Positions 1 to 9,823 of a stretch of 64,000 nucleotides of DNA are shown here, in pieces (position 1 is the stretch's first letter; every line of letters begins with the position of its first letter). Where the stretch lies: positions 2,496,001 through 2,560,000 of the forward strand of contig CAXXMD010000003.1 in assembly GCA_963675755.2 (NCBI GenBank), in the 5' to 3' direction. The DNA comes from a bacterium. GTDB taxonomy: Bacteria; Zhuqueibacterota; Zhuqueibacteria; Residuimicrobiales; Krinioviventaceae. The notes beneath the pieces were generated by a model. That model worked only from the letters and a program-made list of their open reading frames with translations, ran no database searches and was not told the DNA's origin. A program made the position numbers and the translations under genes.

Positions 1-1
1 T

Positions 2-178
2 TCATTAACCGGCAATGGATTCTATACAGTCACTTCCTGGGATGCCTCCCATGATTATATTGAAAAATTATATCAGAAATTAATTAAATCCAGTATACGA
101 AAGGCCTTTGAAAACTTGCCGGAATATGTGAAGGAAATTGAAAAACAAAAATCGATACAAAATATAAAAACAATTTAA
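2..178 (+). CDS. 3' end of a CDS truncated by the window edge (hypothetical)
   Basis: Frame 2 is open from the edge to TAA at 176-178 (SLTGNGFYTVTSWD...KSIQNIKTI). Confidence 0.6.
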   Translation, partial: SLTGNGFYTVTSWDASHDYIEKLYQKLIKSSIRKAFENLPEYVKEIEKQKSIQNIKTI

Positions 179-217
179 TGTTTATGAGTGTGTCGGAGAG
201 GGAGTGTTAGGTGAAAA

Positions 218-271
218 AAACCGGTGCTTCGATACGTCCGTCCTTTGGACGGCCTACTCAGCAACCGGTTT
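218..271. repeat. REP-like palindromic element (CTTCGATACG-hairpin-ACTCAG family)
   Basis: AAACCGGT...ACCGGTTT ends and inner hairpin CCGTCC-TTT-GGACGG; a related copy is on the minus strand at 18497-18543. Confidence 0.65.
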
Positions 272-299
272 ACGATTGATTGTAACTGAGATAAATTCA

Positions 300-329
300 A
301 CCTCCGGGAGGTCAGGACCTCCCGGAGGT
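300..329. repeat. Perfect 14-bp inverted repeat (REP-like doublet; may also terminate convergent genes)
   Basis: ACCTCCGGGAGGTC-AG-GACCTCCCGGAGGT; one arm recurs at 19811-19823. Confidence 0.75.
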
Positions 330-344
330 GAATCTATGAAAAAT

Positions 345-1994
345 CTATTGCTGTTCTACAAACTGTGCTCGTAGTGCCACCTTGTTCACTTTACCAACAC
401 TGGTTTTGGGGATTGCATCGGCGCGTTTGACCTTGATGGTAATCGCTTCGCGCGGCACTCTGCCGGAATCCACAGCGGCTTTGACCATTTTCACAATGTC
501 TCTGTCGCTGAAATCCGCGTTTTCCCTGGCAACCACAACAGCCATTGGCACCTCTACCCAGCTTTCATCAGGATATCCGATAACCGCCACTTCGGCAACG
601 CCTTCGTGTTTGGCTATTACATCTTCCAGTTCGAGCGAGCTTAGCCACTCGCCGCCAACCTTGATCACATCCTTGGTGCGGTCAGTGATGCGGAAGCTGT
701 TGTTTTCATCAATGCAGGAAACATCATTCGTGTGCATCCAACCGCCTGCCCATAGTTGCGCGGAATGGGTATTATCTTTGAGATACCCCTGGGTCAAATA
801 TGGGGTACGCATCACGATCTCGCCCTGGGTCTTGTCGTCGCGCGGTACGTCGTTGCCGTTTTCATCCACAACGCGCATTTGTGCCAGGCCGATGGGTTTT
901 CCGGTACGGCAACGGATTTTTGCCTGTTCCTCAAAAGAGAGTTCCAACTCTTTGTCTTTTAATTGCGAGAGCGACACTACGGGACATGTTTCAGACATGC
1001 CGTAACCGCCATATACATCAATACCGCGTTTGAGTCCCTCAATACAAATGGATTTATTCAGAGCAGCACCGCCAATGACGCAAGTCCAGTTTGAGAGATC
1101 ATATTTTGCGGCTTCGGGATCTTTTAAAAGCATGTTTAAAATTGTGGGTACGCAATGGCTGAATGTTACCTTGTGTGTCAGCAGCAGCTTTAACAGCATG
1201 GAAGGTACATATTTGCCGGGATACACTTGTTTTACACCCATAAAGGTGGCCATATATGGCATACCCCAGGCGTGAACATGAAACATGGGGGTGATTGGCA
1301 TATAGACCGATTCCCGGTGAAAACGTCCCTGTGTTGACGGGCTGGAGAGTGAGGTCAACGATGCAAGGGTGTGCAATACAAGCTGTCGATGCGAGAAATA
1401 CACTCCTTTGGGATAACCGGTAGTACCGGTGGTATAAAAGGTCGTCGCGCGGGTGTTTTCATCAAAATCCGGAAAGTCATAGTGCGATTGTGCTTTTGCC
1501 AGCAGATCTTCATATTCTCCTTCGAACTGGATCTGGTTTTCAGGCACCTCACCGCCATCAGCAATAACTACAAACTTTCGGTCCTGAACAATGCGTCCCC
1601 GAATTGCCTCTAACAGCGGAATAAAATCCGCATGACAAACAATGATATCGTCTTCGGCATGCTCAATGGTGTACGCAAGCTGTTCGGGTGAGAGACGTAC
1701 ATTGATTGTGTGCAAAACCGCTCCCATCATGGGTACGGCGTAATAGGCTTCCAGATAGCGGTGCGAGTCCCAGTCCATAACCGCAACCGTGTCTCCCGGT
1801 TTTACGCCCAGATCTGCCAGTGCGTTAGCCAACCTGTGCACCCGTTCTTTCCAGGTTTTGTAGGTCAGGGTCACCTGGTCGCGATAAACGATCTCCTGAT
1901 CGGGATCATAATCGGCCGGGGCGTCAAAAAGTTGTTTGATCAACAGGGGGTACTCGTATGCCAATGGATTTTTTTCAATCATGTTCACCACCAT
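345..1994 (-). CDS. Fatty acid/acyl-CoA ligase (AMP-binding, AlkK/DmdB-like)
   Basis: YTTGTTGYPKG AMP-binding loop, GYGMSE and C-terminal PKTSVGK; start may be 1982. Confidence 0.9.
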   Translation of the reverse strand: MVVNMIEKNPLAYEYPLLIKQLFDAPADYDPDQEIVYRDQVTLTYKTWKERVHRLANALADLGVKPGDTVAVMDWDSHRYLEAYYAVPMMGAVLHTINVRLSPEQLAYTIEHAEDDIIVCHADFIPLLEAIRGRIVQDRKFVVIADGGEVPENQIQFEGEYEDLLAKAQSHYDFPDFDENTRATTFYTTGTTGYPKGVYFSHRQLVLHTLASLTSLSSPSTQGRFHRESVYMPITPMFHVHAWGMPYMATFMGVKQVYPGKYVPSMLLKLLLTHKVTFSHCVPTILNMLLKDPEAAKYDLSNWTCVIGGAALNKSICIEGLKRGIDVYGGYGMSETCPVVSLSQLKDKELELSFEEQAKIRCRTGKPIGLAQMRVVDENGNDVPRDDKTQGEIVMRTPYLTQGYLKDNTHSAQLWAGGWMHTNDVSCIDENNSFRITDRTKDVIKVGGEWLSSLELEDVIAKHEGVAEVAVIGYPDESWVEVPMAVVVARENADFSDRDIVKMVKAAVDSGRVPREAITIKVKRADAIPKTSVGKVNKVALRAQFVEQQ

Positions 1995-2357
1995 AATTTT
2001 GGGTTTTATATTGAATGATTTGCTTTTTCATTGTCAATTTGACGGGTTTTCGATGGTTTTAACATACGTAAAGTAAGGGATTGATATTAAAAGCACAATG
2101 CAAAAAATGAATATTTTTCAGTTTTTTGCTGGGGATGATAGAGGACGAGTAAATGTTTGGATCAGGAAATTTTCTTGACAAAAATGGATTTTTTGAGTAC
2201 TCTTTTAAACAGATGATATGTGAATTAGCATCTGCTTTACATGGGGTAGTTAGAAATCTAAAACCCTGTCAGGGGATCGTTGCATTTTCCTGCGGACTTG
2301 GCATGTAGGATCAAGTCAGGCCTTGCCAGGTGTGAATCGATTTGAAAAGGACCAATA

Positions 2358-3164
2358 ATGAAGATTAGATTAGTCATTTTTTTATTTTTTGTCGCCACAA
2401 CATTTGCACATGCCAGAGATAGTTTATTTGGTAATTACGAAATGATCGAATTCGATTTCAAGGGGCACGATGCTAAAATCGTAATTCCGAATGAACCTGA
2501 CAGTAATGGATACTGGATATGGAGGGCCCGTTTTTGGGGACACGAACCGCAGCTTGATATTCAATTGCTCGAACGCGGATTCCATGTTGCTTTTGTTGAT
2601 GTCGGCGGAATGTTTGGCAGTCCCGAGGCGGTAGCGTTGTGGAGCGAGTTTTATGAGTTTGTCACCCAAAAATATAATTTGAATACCCGGGTTGTGTTGG
2701 AGGGTATGAGTAGAGGAGGTTTAATTGTTTACAATTGGGCATCTCAAAATACGGATAAAGTGTTTTGTATTTATGCTGATGCTCCTGTGTGTGATATAAA
2801 AAGCTGGCCGGGGGGATTGTTCAAGGGACAGGGGAGTCCTGCGGATTGGCAGCAATGTTTAGCCGCCTATAATTTGAATCAGGAATCTGTTTTAACTTTT
2901 GAGGGGAATCCTGTTTCGACGTGCGTTCATGTTGCACGGGCTCATATTCCGGTAATCCATGTTTGCGGTGATTCAGACAAGGTTGTTCCCTATAAGGAAA
3001 ATACAGAAATTCTGGCCGATAAATTTAGGGAAGCTGGTGGAACTATCGAAATTATTTTAAAGCCGGGAGTTGGCCATCATCCGCATTCGCTAGAGGACCC
3101 CAAGCCAATTGTAGATTTTATCTTGAATAGTATCCAAAAAAGGGAATCAGGAATTTTGGATTAA
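2358..3164 (+). CDS. Secreted alpha/beta hydrolase (esterase/S9-like)
   Basis: Signal peptide, GMSRGG nucleophile elbow, GDSDKVVP Asp and GHHPH His. Confidence 0.8.
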   Translation: MKIRLVIFLFFVATTFAHARDSLFGNYEMIEFDFKGHDAKIVIPNEPDSNGYWIWRARFWGHEPQLDIQLLERGFHVAFVDVGGMFGSPEAVALWSEFYEFVTQKYNLNTRVVLEGMSRGGLIVYNWASQNTDKVFCIYADAPVCDIKSWPGGLFKGQGSPADWQQCLAAYNLNQESVLTFEGNPVSTCVHVARAHIPVIHVCGDSDKVVPYKENTEILADKFREAGGTIEIILKPGVGHHPHSLEDPKPIVDFILNSIQKRESGILD

Positions 3165-3203
3165 AATTATGCAGGGTTGTGGGCTGTTAACTTACGGCTT
3201 TGT

Positions 3204-3337
3204 GATCGCCAGGAAATCCTTCAGCCAGGGGATGCCTGGTGGAACATTTCACAGGACATTTGTCCTGATGTCTCGGACTACGTATGGGACGAATGTTCCA
3301 GGATAATGTCCTGCGATGCAGGAATCTGCATCGCGAT
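3204..3337. repeat. Intergenic multi-hairpin element rich in CAGG(A)...CCTG
   Basis: Hairpins at 3225-3239, 3252-3267, 3299-3313 and 3313-3334, plus the pair TGGAACATT (3240)/AATGTTCCA (3292). Confidence 0.55.
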
Positions 3338-3454
3338 TAAGTTTGATAACGCAATTCCGGCTACCCTTTATCCCAAAATGTAAATAAATCCGGGTGAAAA
3401 CCTGTTGCTTCCCACCATAAATTTCTGTATTTTAGCATCTTGAACGAGATTATT

Positions 3455-4186
3455 ATGCCGAAATCGACTGATCAACATATTGACAATACAGCCAAAGCCG
3501 AAAGCTGGCGCATGTTTGACCGCATATCCGGGCGGTACGATCTGCTCAATCGGCTGCTGTCCCTGCGTATCGACAAGAGCTGGCGCAAACGCATGATCTG
3601 TCATCTGCCACAGCGAGCAGGACTCACCGTTATGGATGCCGCTACAGGTACTGGAGATGTTTTACTGACCCTGGCACAAAGCGCATTTGTAAGACGAGGA
3701 ATTGGCATAGACCCGGCGCAGGAAATGCTTGCCGTAGGTCGTGAAAAAATTGCAAAACTAGAACTGACAGACAGTCTCACCCTGCTGCCAGCGAATGCGC
3801 TCGATCTGCCGGTCAAAGACAATGGCGTGGATGTGGTGACCATTTCTTTTGGCATTCGAAATGTTCCGGATGTGCCGCGCGCACTGCAAGAGATGCATCG
3901 GGTGCTGAATGAAAAGGGCAGGCTGATGGTGCTCGAGTTTTCGCTGCCCGGCAACAAAATTATACGGAATATGTATCTGCTCTATTTTCGTTATATATTA
4001 CCGAAAATCGGTGCGTGGATTTCCGGTGATGCCGGCGCGTACGGCTATTTGAATAAATCGGTTGAAGATTTTCCATATGGCAATGCATTTGCAAAACTGT
4101 TGTTTGAAGCAGGATTTTACAAGGTCTCTGTTAACCCCCTGACCCTGGGCATTGCAACTTTATATATTGCTGATAAAAAGAAATAA
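3455..4186 (+). CDS. menG: Demethylmenaquinone methyltransferase (UbiE/MenG)
   Basis: MFDRIS.RYDLLN, DAATGTGD SAM motif and FGIRNV; first gene of the men operon. ATG 3455 preferred over TTG 3440. Confidence 0.9.
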   Translation: MPKSTDQHIDNTAKAESWRMFDRISGRYDLLNRLLSLRIDKSWRKRMICHLPQRAGLTVMDAATGTGDVLLTLAQSAFVRRGIGIDPAQEMLAVGREKIAKLELTDSLTLLPANALDLPVKDNGVDVVTISFGIRNVPDVPRALQEMHRVLNEKGRLMVLEFSLPGNKIIRNMYLLYFRYILPKIGAWISGDAGAYGYLNKSVEDFPYGNAFAKLLFEAGFYKVSVNPLTLGIATLYIADKKK

Positions 4187-4198
4187 GCAGAGGATTTT

Positions 4199-5557
4199 TT
4201 GACTACCTTTGATGCCCTGAAACAAAACATTTCGGTTGAATTGAAAGAACGGTGCCATGCTCACCGTGCGGTTCCCGGTTCCGAGAATACCTTGCAGCGT
4301 ATTGAGTTGCAGGTGCAGGAAGCGGACCTGATTCTCTGGTTAAAAAATCAGAATTTTCCCCAAAAAACATACTGGTCTGAACGAGATGGCCGGCTGAAAA
4401 TGGCAGGTGTGGGTGCTGCCCATATTTTTCAAGGCAATACAAACGAATATACCGAGGTTTTTGAAGAACTGGACCGCCTGCTAAAGGGTGCGGATGAAGA
4501 TGTTCGTTATTATGGCGGCTTGAAATTTGATCCCGATCATGCGGTATCTGAACTGTGGCAGCGGTTTAAACGCTATTATTTTATTGTGCCCCGGTTCGAG
4601 CTGTTAAAGCGCGATCTGCACTATTATTTTGCTCTCAATTATGTAGTAGACCTTGAAGAACCCCAGCTTGATGAAATTCTGGCAGACCTGCAAAAACTTG
4701 ATTTTTCTTTTTATAAAGATACAAAAGAACTGCCCGCCTATACTGATTTGGCAATGGACCCGATAAAGTCCACCTGGGATCGCAATGTTCAGCAGGCGTT
4801 GACATTGATCGAGAACGGGACTTTGCAAAAGATTGTGCTGTCAGGGCGGTCAACCCTTACCTTTGACGAAACCATCAATCCTTCTCTGCTTTTTGAAAAG
4901 CTGATTGGTCAGAACTCGAACTCTTTTCATTTCTGCATTCAACCCGATGCGGAAACTGCGTTTATGGGTATTACGCCTGAGCGGCTTTATCGTCGTGAGG
5001 GGCGCGAAATATGGAGCGAGGCCATTGCCGGTACACGTCCCCGTGGTCGTGACGAAGCAGAAGATGAGGCGCTGGAAAAAGACCTGCAATCCTCAGACAA
5101 GGACATTCGTGAGCACCGCTGGGTGAGTGATATGGTGCGTTCGGGACTGGGACCCTTGTGCCGATACATTAACGATGTGGATCGTGAACGTATTCTCAAA
5201 CTGCGCCATGTTCAGCATCTGCAAAGCCTGTTTATTGGAGTCTTGCGCGACGGGATCTGCGATGGCGAGATTATTTCTCACTTGCACCCAACTCCGGCAG
5301 TAGGCGGATTCCCCAATACCATATCCATTCCCTATATTTCCGAGATTGAAGGATTTGATCGCGGCTGGTACGCGGGACCGATAGGTTGGGTAAGTCGTGA
5401 TGCCGCAGGTTTTGCTGTGGGTATCCGCTCGGGCCTAGTGAATGGCAATAAACTGACAATTTTTGCGGGTTCGGGGATTGTTGAGGGAAGTGATCCGGAT
5501 AAGGAATGGGAAGAAAATCAGACTAAAATATTAAATTTTACAAAACTCTTTCAGTGA
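4199..5557 (+). CDS. menF: Isochorismate synthase
   Basis: Chorismate-binding motifs TPERL, AIAGT, LHPTPAVGG and DRGWYAGP; operon context. Confidence 0.9.
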   Translation: MTTFDALKQNISVELKERCHAHRAVPGSENTLQRIELQVQEADLILWLKNQNFPQKTYWSERDGRLKMAGVGAAHIFQGNTNEYTEVFEELDRLLKGADEDVRYYGGLKFDPDHAVSELWQRFKRYYFIVPRFELLKRDLHYYFALNYVVDLEEPQLDEILADLQKLDFSFYKDTKELPAYTDLAMDPIKSTWDRNVQQALTLIENGTLQKIVLSGRSTLTFDETINPSLLFEKLIGQNSNSFHFCIQPDAETAFMGITPERLYRREGREIWSEAIAGTRPRGRDEAEDEALEKDLQSSDKDIREHRWVSDMVRSGLGPLCRYINDVDRERILKLRHVQHLQSLFIGVLRDGICDGEIISHLHPTPAVGGFPNTISIPYISEIEGFDRGWYAGPIGWVSRDAAGFAVGIRSGLVNGNKLTIFAGSGIVEGSDPDKEWEENQTKILNFTKLFQ

Positions 5558-5558
5558 T

Positions 5559-7310
5559 ATGGGAATTGGCTTAGAAAACATAAACGCGCTGTGGGCGTCA
5601 TTGATTATAGAAGAACTGGTGCGTAACGGCATTGAATATGCCTGCGTTTCACCGGGCTCACGCTCCACCCCTCTTACCATTGCCGCGGCACGTAACGGGA
5701 AATTGAAAAAACGTATCTGCTATGACGAACGCGGTGCCGCGTATCATGCATTGGGGTACGCCCGTGCAACCGGCAAACCCGCTCTGTTAATCTGTACTTC
5801 CGGTACTGCGGCGGCCAATTATTATCCTGCCATTGTGGAAGCAAGCATGGACCATGTGCCCATGATCATCCTGAGCGCTGACCGTCCGCCCGAACTGCTG
5901 GATACCGGTGCAAACCAGACCATCCATCAGCAGGGTATGTATGGAAAATATGTGCGCTGGCAGTACGAACTGCCTTGTCCGGATGAGAATCTTGATCCGC
6001 GTATGGTACTCACCACTGTGGACCAGCTACTGCATCAGGCAACCGGTGACAATCCGGGTCCTGTGCATCTCAATAACATGTACCGCGAGCCTCTGGCCCT
6101 GAAAACTGAAAAAGTGGATGATGCCTGTGTGCAACAACTCACCGACTGGATGGTGAACGGAACGTGTGCCTATACGGATTATGCCCAACCGGTTAAACAG
6201 CTTGATTTATCTACTGTTAAACGGATCTCCGAACTGGTAAATAACGCCAAAAGCGGAGTGATAATTGCCGGGCGTATGCAGGGTATGGATGATATTGCTG
6301 CAGTACGAAAACTGGCAAAGCATTTAAAATGGCCGGTCTTTGCCGATATTTTATCCGGCAACCGCATACAGCAGGAAAACACCATCTCTTTTTATGACCA
6401 GATGTTGGGAATCGATGAAGTAACAGAGGAATTGAATCCGGATGTAGTACTGCATTTTGGAGGACAATCTGTTTCCAAGAGATTACTGCAGTTTATTGAA
6501 ACCAAAACACCGCACTATTATATTCATACAGCCGGGTACACAGAGCGAATTGATCCTGCGCACCGGGTAACGCATCGTTTAAATGCGGATATTGCTTCCG
6601 TATGTGCGGCTTTGAAATCTCACACCTCTGCGGGGAACGCGGAAATTACCGCATTGGAGAAATTAAACGCCAAAGCATTACTGGCCGTGAACGAAATTCT
6701 GGATGAAACCCATAAAATGACCGAGCCGGGAATTGCCCGCGCTACTGCATCCGGATTACCGGAAAACTGGGGTCTGTATCTGGCGAGCAGCATGCCCATA
6801 CGGGATATGGATATGTTTGTAAAGTCACTGCCGGATAATGTGCGCATTGCCGGAAATCGTGGTGCCAGCGGAATTGACGGTACTGTTGCCTCTGCCGCAG
6901 GTTTTGCGGAAGGATTGGGAAAGCCGGTAGTGTTGATGATAGGTGATCTGGCCCTGATCCATGATATGAACTCTCTGGATGTGGTGAAAAAAGGTGCACA
7001 GCCCCTGGTATTGGTGGTGATTAACAATAAAAGTGGTGGTATTTTCCACTTTTTGCCAGTATCACAGCACAAAAAGGTGTTTGAACCCTGGTTCACAACC
7101 CCACACAACTATGCATTTGAACCGCTGGCGCGACAGTTTAATATACCCTATATGAAATGTGAAACCCTTGAAATGTTCAAGCAAGAGTTGGGCAAAGCCA
7201 CACAGAATAAACAAACCATTATTCTTGAAATTGCAACCCGTGCGGAAGAAAACCACCGGTTTCATCAGGACATCCTGGAGAGGATCCGGGAAGTTATCAA
7301 ATACCGGTAA
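5559..7310 (+). CDS. menD: SEPHCHC synthase (ThDP-dependent)
   Basis: SPGSRSTPL, DER.AA, GANQTI, NRGASGIDG and GD...NN ThDP motif. Confidence 0.95.
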   Translation: MGIGLENINALWASLIIEELVRNGIEYACVSPGSRSTPLTIAAARNGKLKKRICYDERGAAYHALGYARATGKPALLICTSGTAAANYYPAIVEASMDHVPMIILSADRPPELLDTGANQTIHQQGMYGKYVRWQYELPCPDENLDPRMVLTTVDQLLHQATGDNPGPVHLNNMYREPLALKTEKVDDACVQQLTDWMVNGTCAYTDYAQPVKQLDLSTVKRISELVNNAKSGVIIAGRMQGMDDIAAVRKLAKHLKWPVFADILSGNRIQQENTISFYDQMLGIDEVTEELNPDVVLHFGGQSVSKRLLQFIETKTPHYYIHTAGYTERIDPAHRVTHRLNADIASVCAALKSHTSAGNAEITALEKLNAKALLAVNEILDETHKMTEPGIARATASGLPENWGLYLASSMPIRDMDMFVKSLPDNVRIAGNRGASGIDGTVASAAGFAEGLGKPVVLMIGDLALIHDMNSLDVVKKGAQPLVLVVINNKSGGIFHFLPVSQHKKVFEPWFTTPHNYAFEPLARQFNIPYMKCETLEMFKQELGKATQNKQTIILEIATRAEENHRFHQDILERIREVIKYR

Positions 7311-7321
7311 GGGGAGCCATC

Positions 7322-8113
7322 ATGTCGCTTTTTGTGCATCAGTGGGGAGATCCTGAAAATCCTGCATTGCTGTTTTTACATGGATTTATGGGAAATGGTC
7401 GTACATGGGCGCCTTTTGTTAAAGAATTAAAATCCCATTATCATATTATTGCACCTGATCTTCCCGGTCATGGTGAGTCCCTGTATCTCAAAGAATCGGG
7501 GGATTATGATTTTGTAGAGACCGCTGAGCAGGTGATACAGGTACTGGATAAGCTTGAAATACCCATTGCTGCCATAGCAGGATATTCCATGGGAGGCAGA
7601 CTGGCAATGTACCTGGCCGTCCGTTATCCGGACCGGTTTAATCACTTGATTGTAGAATCCGCTTCTCCGGGGATTGATGATGCAGAGACCCGCGAGGAAC
7701 GCTACCAAAAAGACAAATCCACTGCCGATTACCTGGAAACTGCGGATCTGACTGCATTTCTGGAAGCCTGGTATGAACAGCCGATTTTTGGGGATCTGAA
7801 TCGTCATCCTGATTTTTCAGATTATGTTGCTTCTCTGTTGTTTAATGAGCCTGTTGAGCTGGTAAGAGCCGTGCGAGGGATGAGTCAGGGGGTACAGCCA
7901 CCGCTTGAAGAGCATTTGAAGGAATTGGACCTGCCTGCTCTTTTTATAGCCGGGGAACATGACGAGAAATATAGTGCTATTCTTGAACGTTTATCACAAT
8001 ATAATAATCACTTTGAGTTAAAAATTATACCTGAATGCGGGCATAACACGCATTTTCAAGATCCGCAAACATTTTTACAATTGATCAAAGAATTTTTAAA
8101 TACAGGAGGTTAA
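7322..8113 (+). CDS. menH: SHCHC synthase
   Basis: LHGF, DLPGHG, GYSMGGR and D.KY motifs; between menD and menB. Confidence 0.9.
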   Translation: MSLFVHQWGDPENPALLFLHGFMGNGRTWAPFVKELKSHYHIIAPDLPGHGESLYLKESGDYDFVETAEQVIQVLDKLEIPIAAIAGYSMGGRLAMYLAVRYPDRFNHLIVESASPGIDDAETREERYQKDKSTADYLETADLTAFLEAWYEQPIFGDLNRHPDFSDYVASLLFNEPVELVRAVRGMSQGVQPPLEEHLKELDLPALFIAGEHDEKYSAILERLSQYNNHFELKIIPECGHNTHFQDPQTFLQLIKEFLNTGG

Positions 8114-8114
8114 C

Positions 8115-8936
8115 ATGTCTGTTGTAGACTGGAAATCCGCAGGTGAATATACCGATATTAAATATCATAAAGCAGAAGGCATGGCAAAAATCACCATTAA
8201 CCGTCCCGAGGTGCGCAATGCGTTTCGTCCGTTAACGGTTTTTGAAATGTCAAAAGCCTTTGAAGACGCGCGTGAAGATCCCGAGATTGGCGTAATTATT
8301 CTAACCGGTGAAGGCGAAAAGGCTTTTTGCTCGGGTGGCGATCAGAAAATCCGTGGAGATTCCGGATACAAGGATGAAAAAGGCGTGCACCGCTTGAATG
8401 TGCTCGATTTTCAGCGCCAGATCCGTACGTGTCCCAAGCCTGTGGTTGCCATGGTTGCGGGATACGCCATTGGCGGTGGGCATGTGCTGCACGTCATGTG
8501 CGATCTTACCATTGCCGCGGATAATGCCATCTTTGGACAAACCGGACCCAAGGTGGGTTCTTTTGATGGTGGTTATGGTTCCAGTTACCTTGCTAGGATT
8601 GTGGGACAAAAAAAAGCGCGCGAAATCTGGTTTCTCTGTCGTCAATACGACGCTCAGCAGGCGCTTGAAATGGGACTGGTAAACACGGTTGTTCCTTATG
8701 AAAAACTCGAGGAAGAAACCGTGCAGTGGTGCCGCGAGATGCTCCGCAATTCGCCGACCGCGCTCCGTTGTCTCAAAGCCGCAATGAATGCCGATTGTGA
8801 CGGTCAAGCCGGATTGCAAGAGCTTGCGGGATGCGCAACCATGCTCTATTACATGTCAGATGAGGCACAGGAAGGTAAAAACGCCTTTGTAGAAAAACGT
8901 AATCCCGATTTTAGCAAATTTCCAAGACAGCCGTAG
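8115..8936 (+). CDS. menB: 1,4-dihydroxy-2-naphthoyl-CoA synthase
   Basis: [23 protein letters not shown] and [10 protein letters not shown]. Confidence 0.97.
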   Translation: MSVVDWKSAGEYTDIKYHKAEGMAKITINRPEVRNAFRPLTVFEMSKAFEDAREDPEIGVIILTGEGEKAFCSGGDQKIRGDSGYKDEKGVHRLNVLDFQRQIRTCPKPVVAMVAGYAIGGGHVLHVMCDLTIAADNAIFGQTGPKVGSFDGGYGSSYLARIVGQKKAREIWFLCRQYDAQQALEMGLVNTVVPYEKLEEETVQWCREMLRNSPTALRCLKAAMNADCDGQAGLQELAGCATMLYYMSDEAQEGKNAFVEKRNPDFSKFPRQP

Positions 8937-9144
8937 AATCTTTTTAACGTAAGAAACGATCTTGTAAGTTAAATTGTCAAGATTAGAACCACAGAGCCAC
9001 AAAGAACACAGAGAAAAATGATTTAGATCATGAATTCAAAATTTCTGCTGTCTTTGTGGTTCCGTAAATTTGCTTTTTTATGTGGGAATTCTAGGATTTA
9101 TTCTTGAATTTTGACTGATTGTTATATATTTTGTTTATCACAGG

Positions 9145-9173
9145 GGAACAGGACAGCTTTGGCGGGAGTGTAA
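9145..9173 (+). promoter_or_regulatory. Candidate ECF sigma promoter
   Basis: GGAAC-N18-GTGTAA, similar to GGAAT-N17/18-GTCTAA at 28013 and 29714. Confidence 0.35.
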
Positions 9174-9205
9174 TAAATCAATGTACTATTAATAAGAGGT
9201 GACGT

Positions 9206-9727
9206 ATGAAATCATATAAATTGATTTTTATTATACTGTTGTCATTGTTTGCATGCAATACGGAAAAGAATCCGGTAACACCGGAAGAGGGCTCGGGTGA
9301 TGATTATAAAATTTATCAGTTGGCTCTTGATGCGTATTTCAATGACAATGTGCCCGCAATTATTCTGCAAGATTCTACCTGGGGTGATGATATTGGCACT
9401 CACCATATATCTACACTCGAAGAAAATGGTGTAAATGTAAAAGAAGAAACGCTGCAGAACTATGAAACAATCAACCAGACAAAAGTTGCGCTCGAATCCA
9501 TTTCGGGGTATGATATTACTTTTCGCAGAGATGTTCCCGATTCAAACATGTTTTCAAAACCTAACGTCAGTCTTTCACGGGTGGGATACGATGATGGTAA
9601 AACCGAAGCTGTTGTAACAGTAGGCGTGGTCTTTGCTCCGCTTGCCGGCAGCGGTATGGTCTACTATTTGAAAAATGTCAATGGTGAATGGGTTGTCAGC
9701 GGTTCGCTGATGATCTGGATTTCGTAG
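9206..9727 (+). CDS. Hypothetical lipoprotein
   Basis: GAGGTG RBS and lipobox LFAC. Confidence 0.75.
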   Translation: MKSYKLIFIILLSLFACNTEKNPVTPEEGSGDDYKIYQLALDAYFNDNVPAIILQDSTWGDDIGTHHISTLEENGVNVKEETLQNYETINQTKVALESISGYDITFRRDVPDSNMFSKPNVSLSRVGYDDGKTEAVVTVGVVFAPLAGSGMVYYLKNVNGEWVVSGSLMIWIS

Positions 9728-9789
9728 TTGATATTTACTAGATAAATTCGCCAGTGAGCAGACCCGCGCTGATGAGCGCAGATAAAAAC

Positions 9790-9812
9790 TCCGGGGCCTA
9801 ATAGACCCCGGA
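9790..9812. terminator. GC hairpin between convergent genes
   Basis: TCCGGGG...CCCCGGA stem with an A-run upstream (U-tail on the minus strand). Confidence 0.5.
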
Positions 9813-9823
9813 AATATCAAATC

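Noticed and set aside
382-1613. Antisense and alternate-frame ORFs within real genes (here and throughout the ORF track)
   Set aside because: Shadow ORFs overlapping well-supported CDS, with no motifs or RBS.
345-1994. Acyl-CoA ligase as MenE
   Set aside because: Opposite strand, separated from the operon, and length and motifs fit AlkK/DmdB-type ligases.
2210-2345. Riboswitch upstream of the alpha/beta hydrolase
   Set aside because: No TPP, cobalamin, SAM, FMN or c-di-GMP consensus recognised; the palindromes look REP-derived.
3177-3383. 68-aa ORF over the multi-hairpin element
   Set aside because: TTG start, no convincing RBS, and the sequence is better explained by palindromes.
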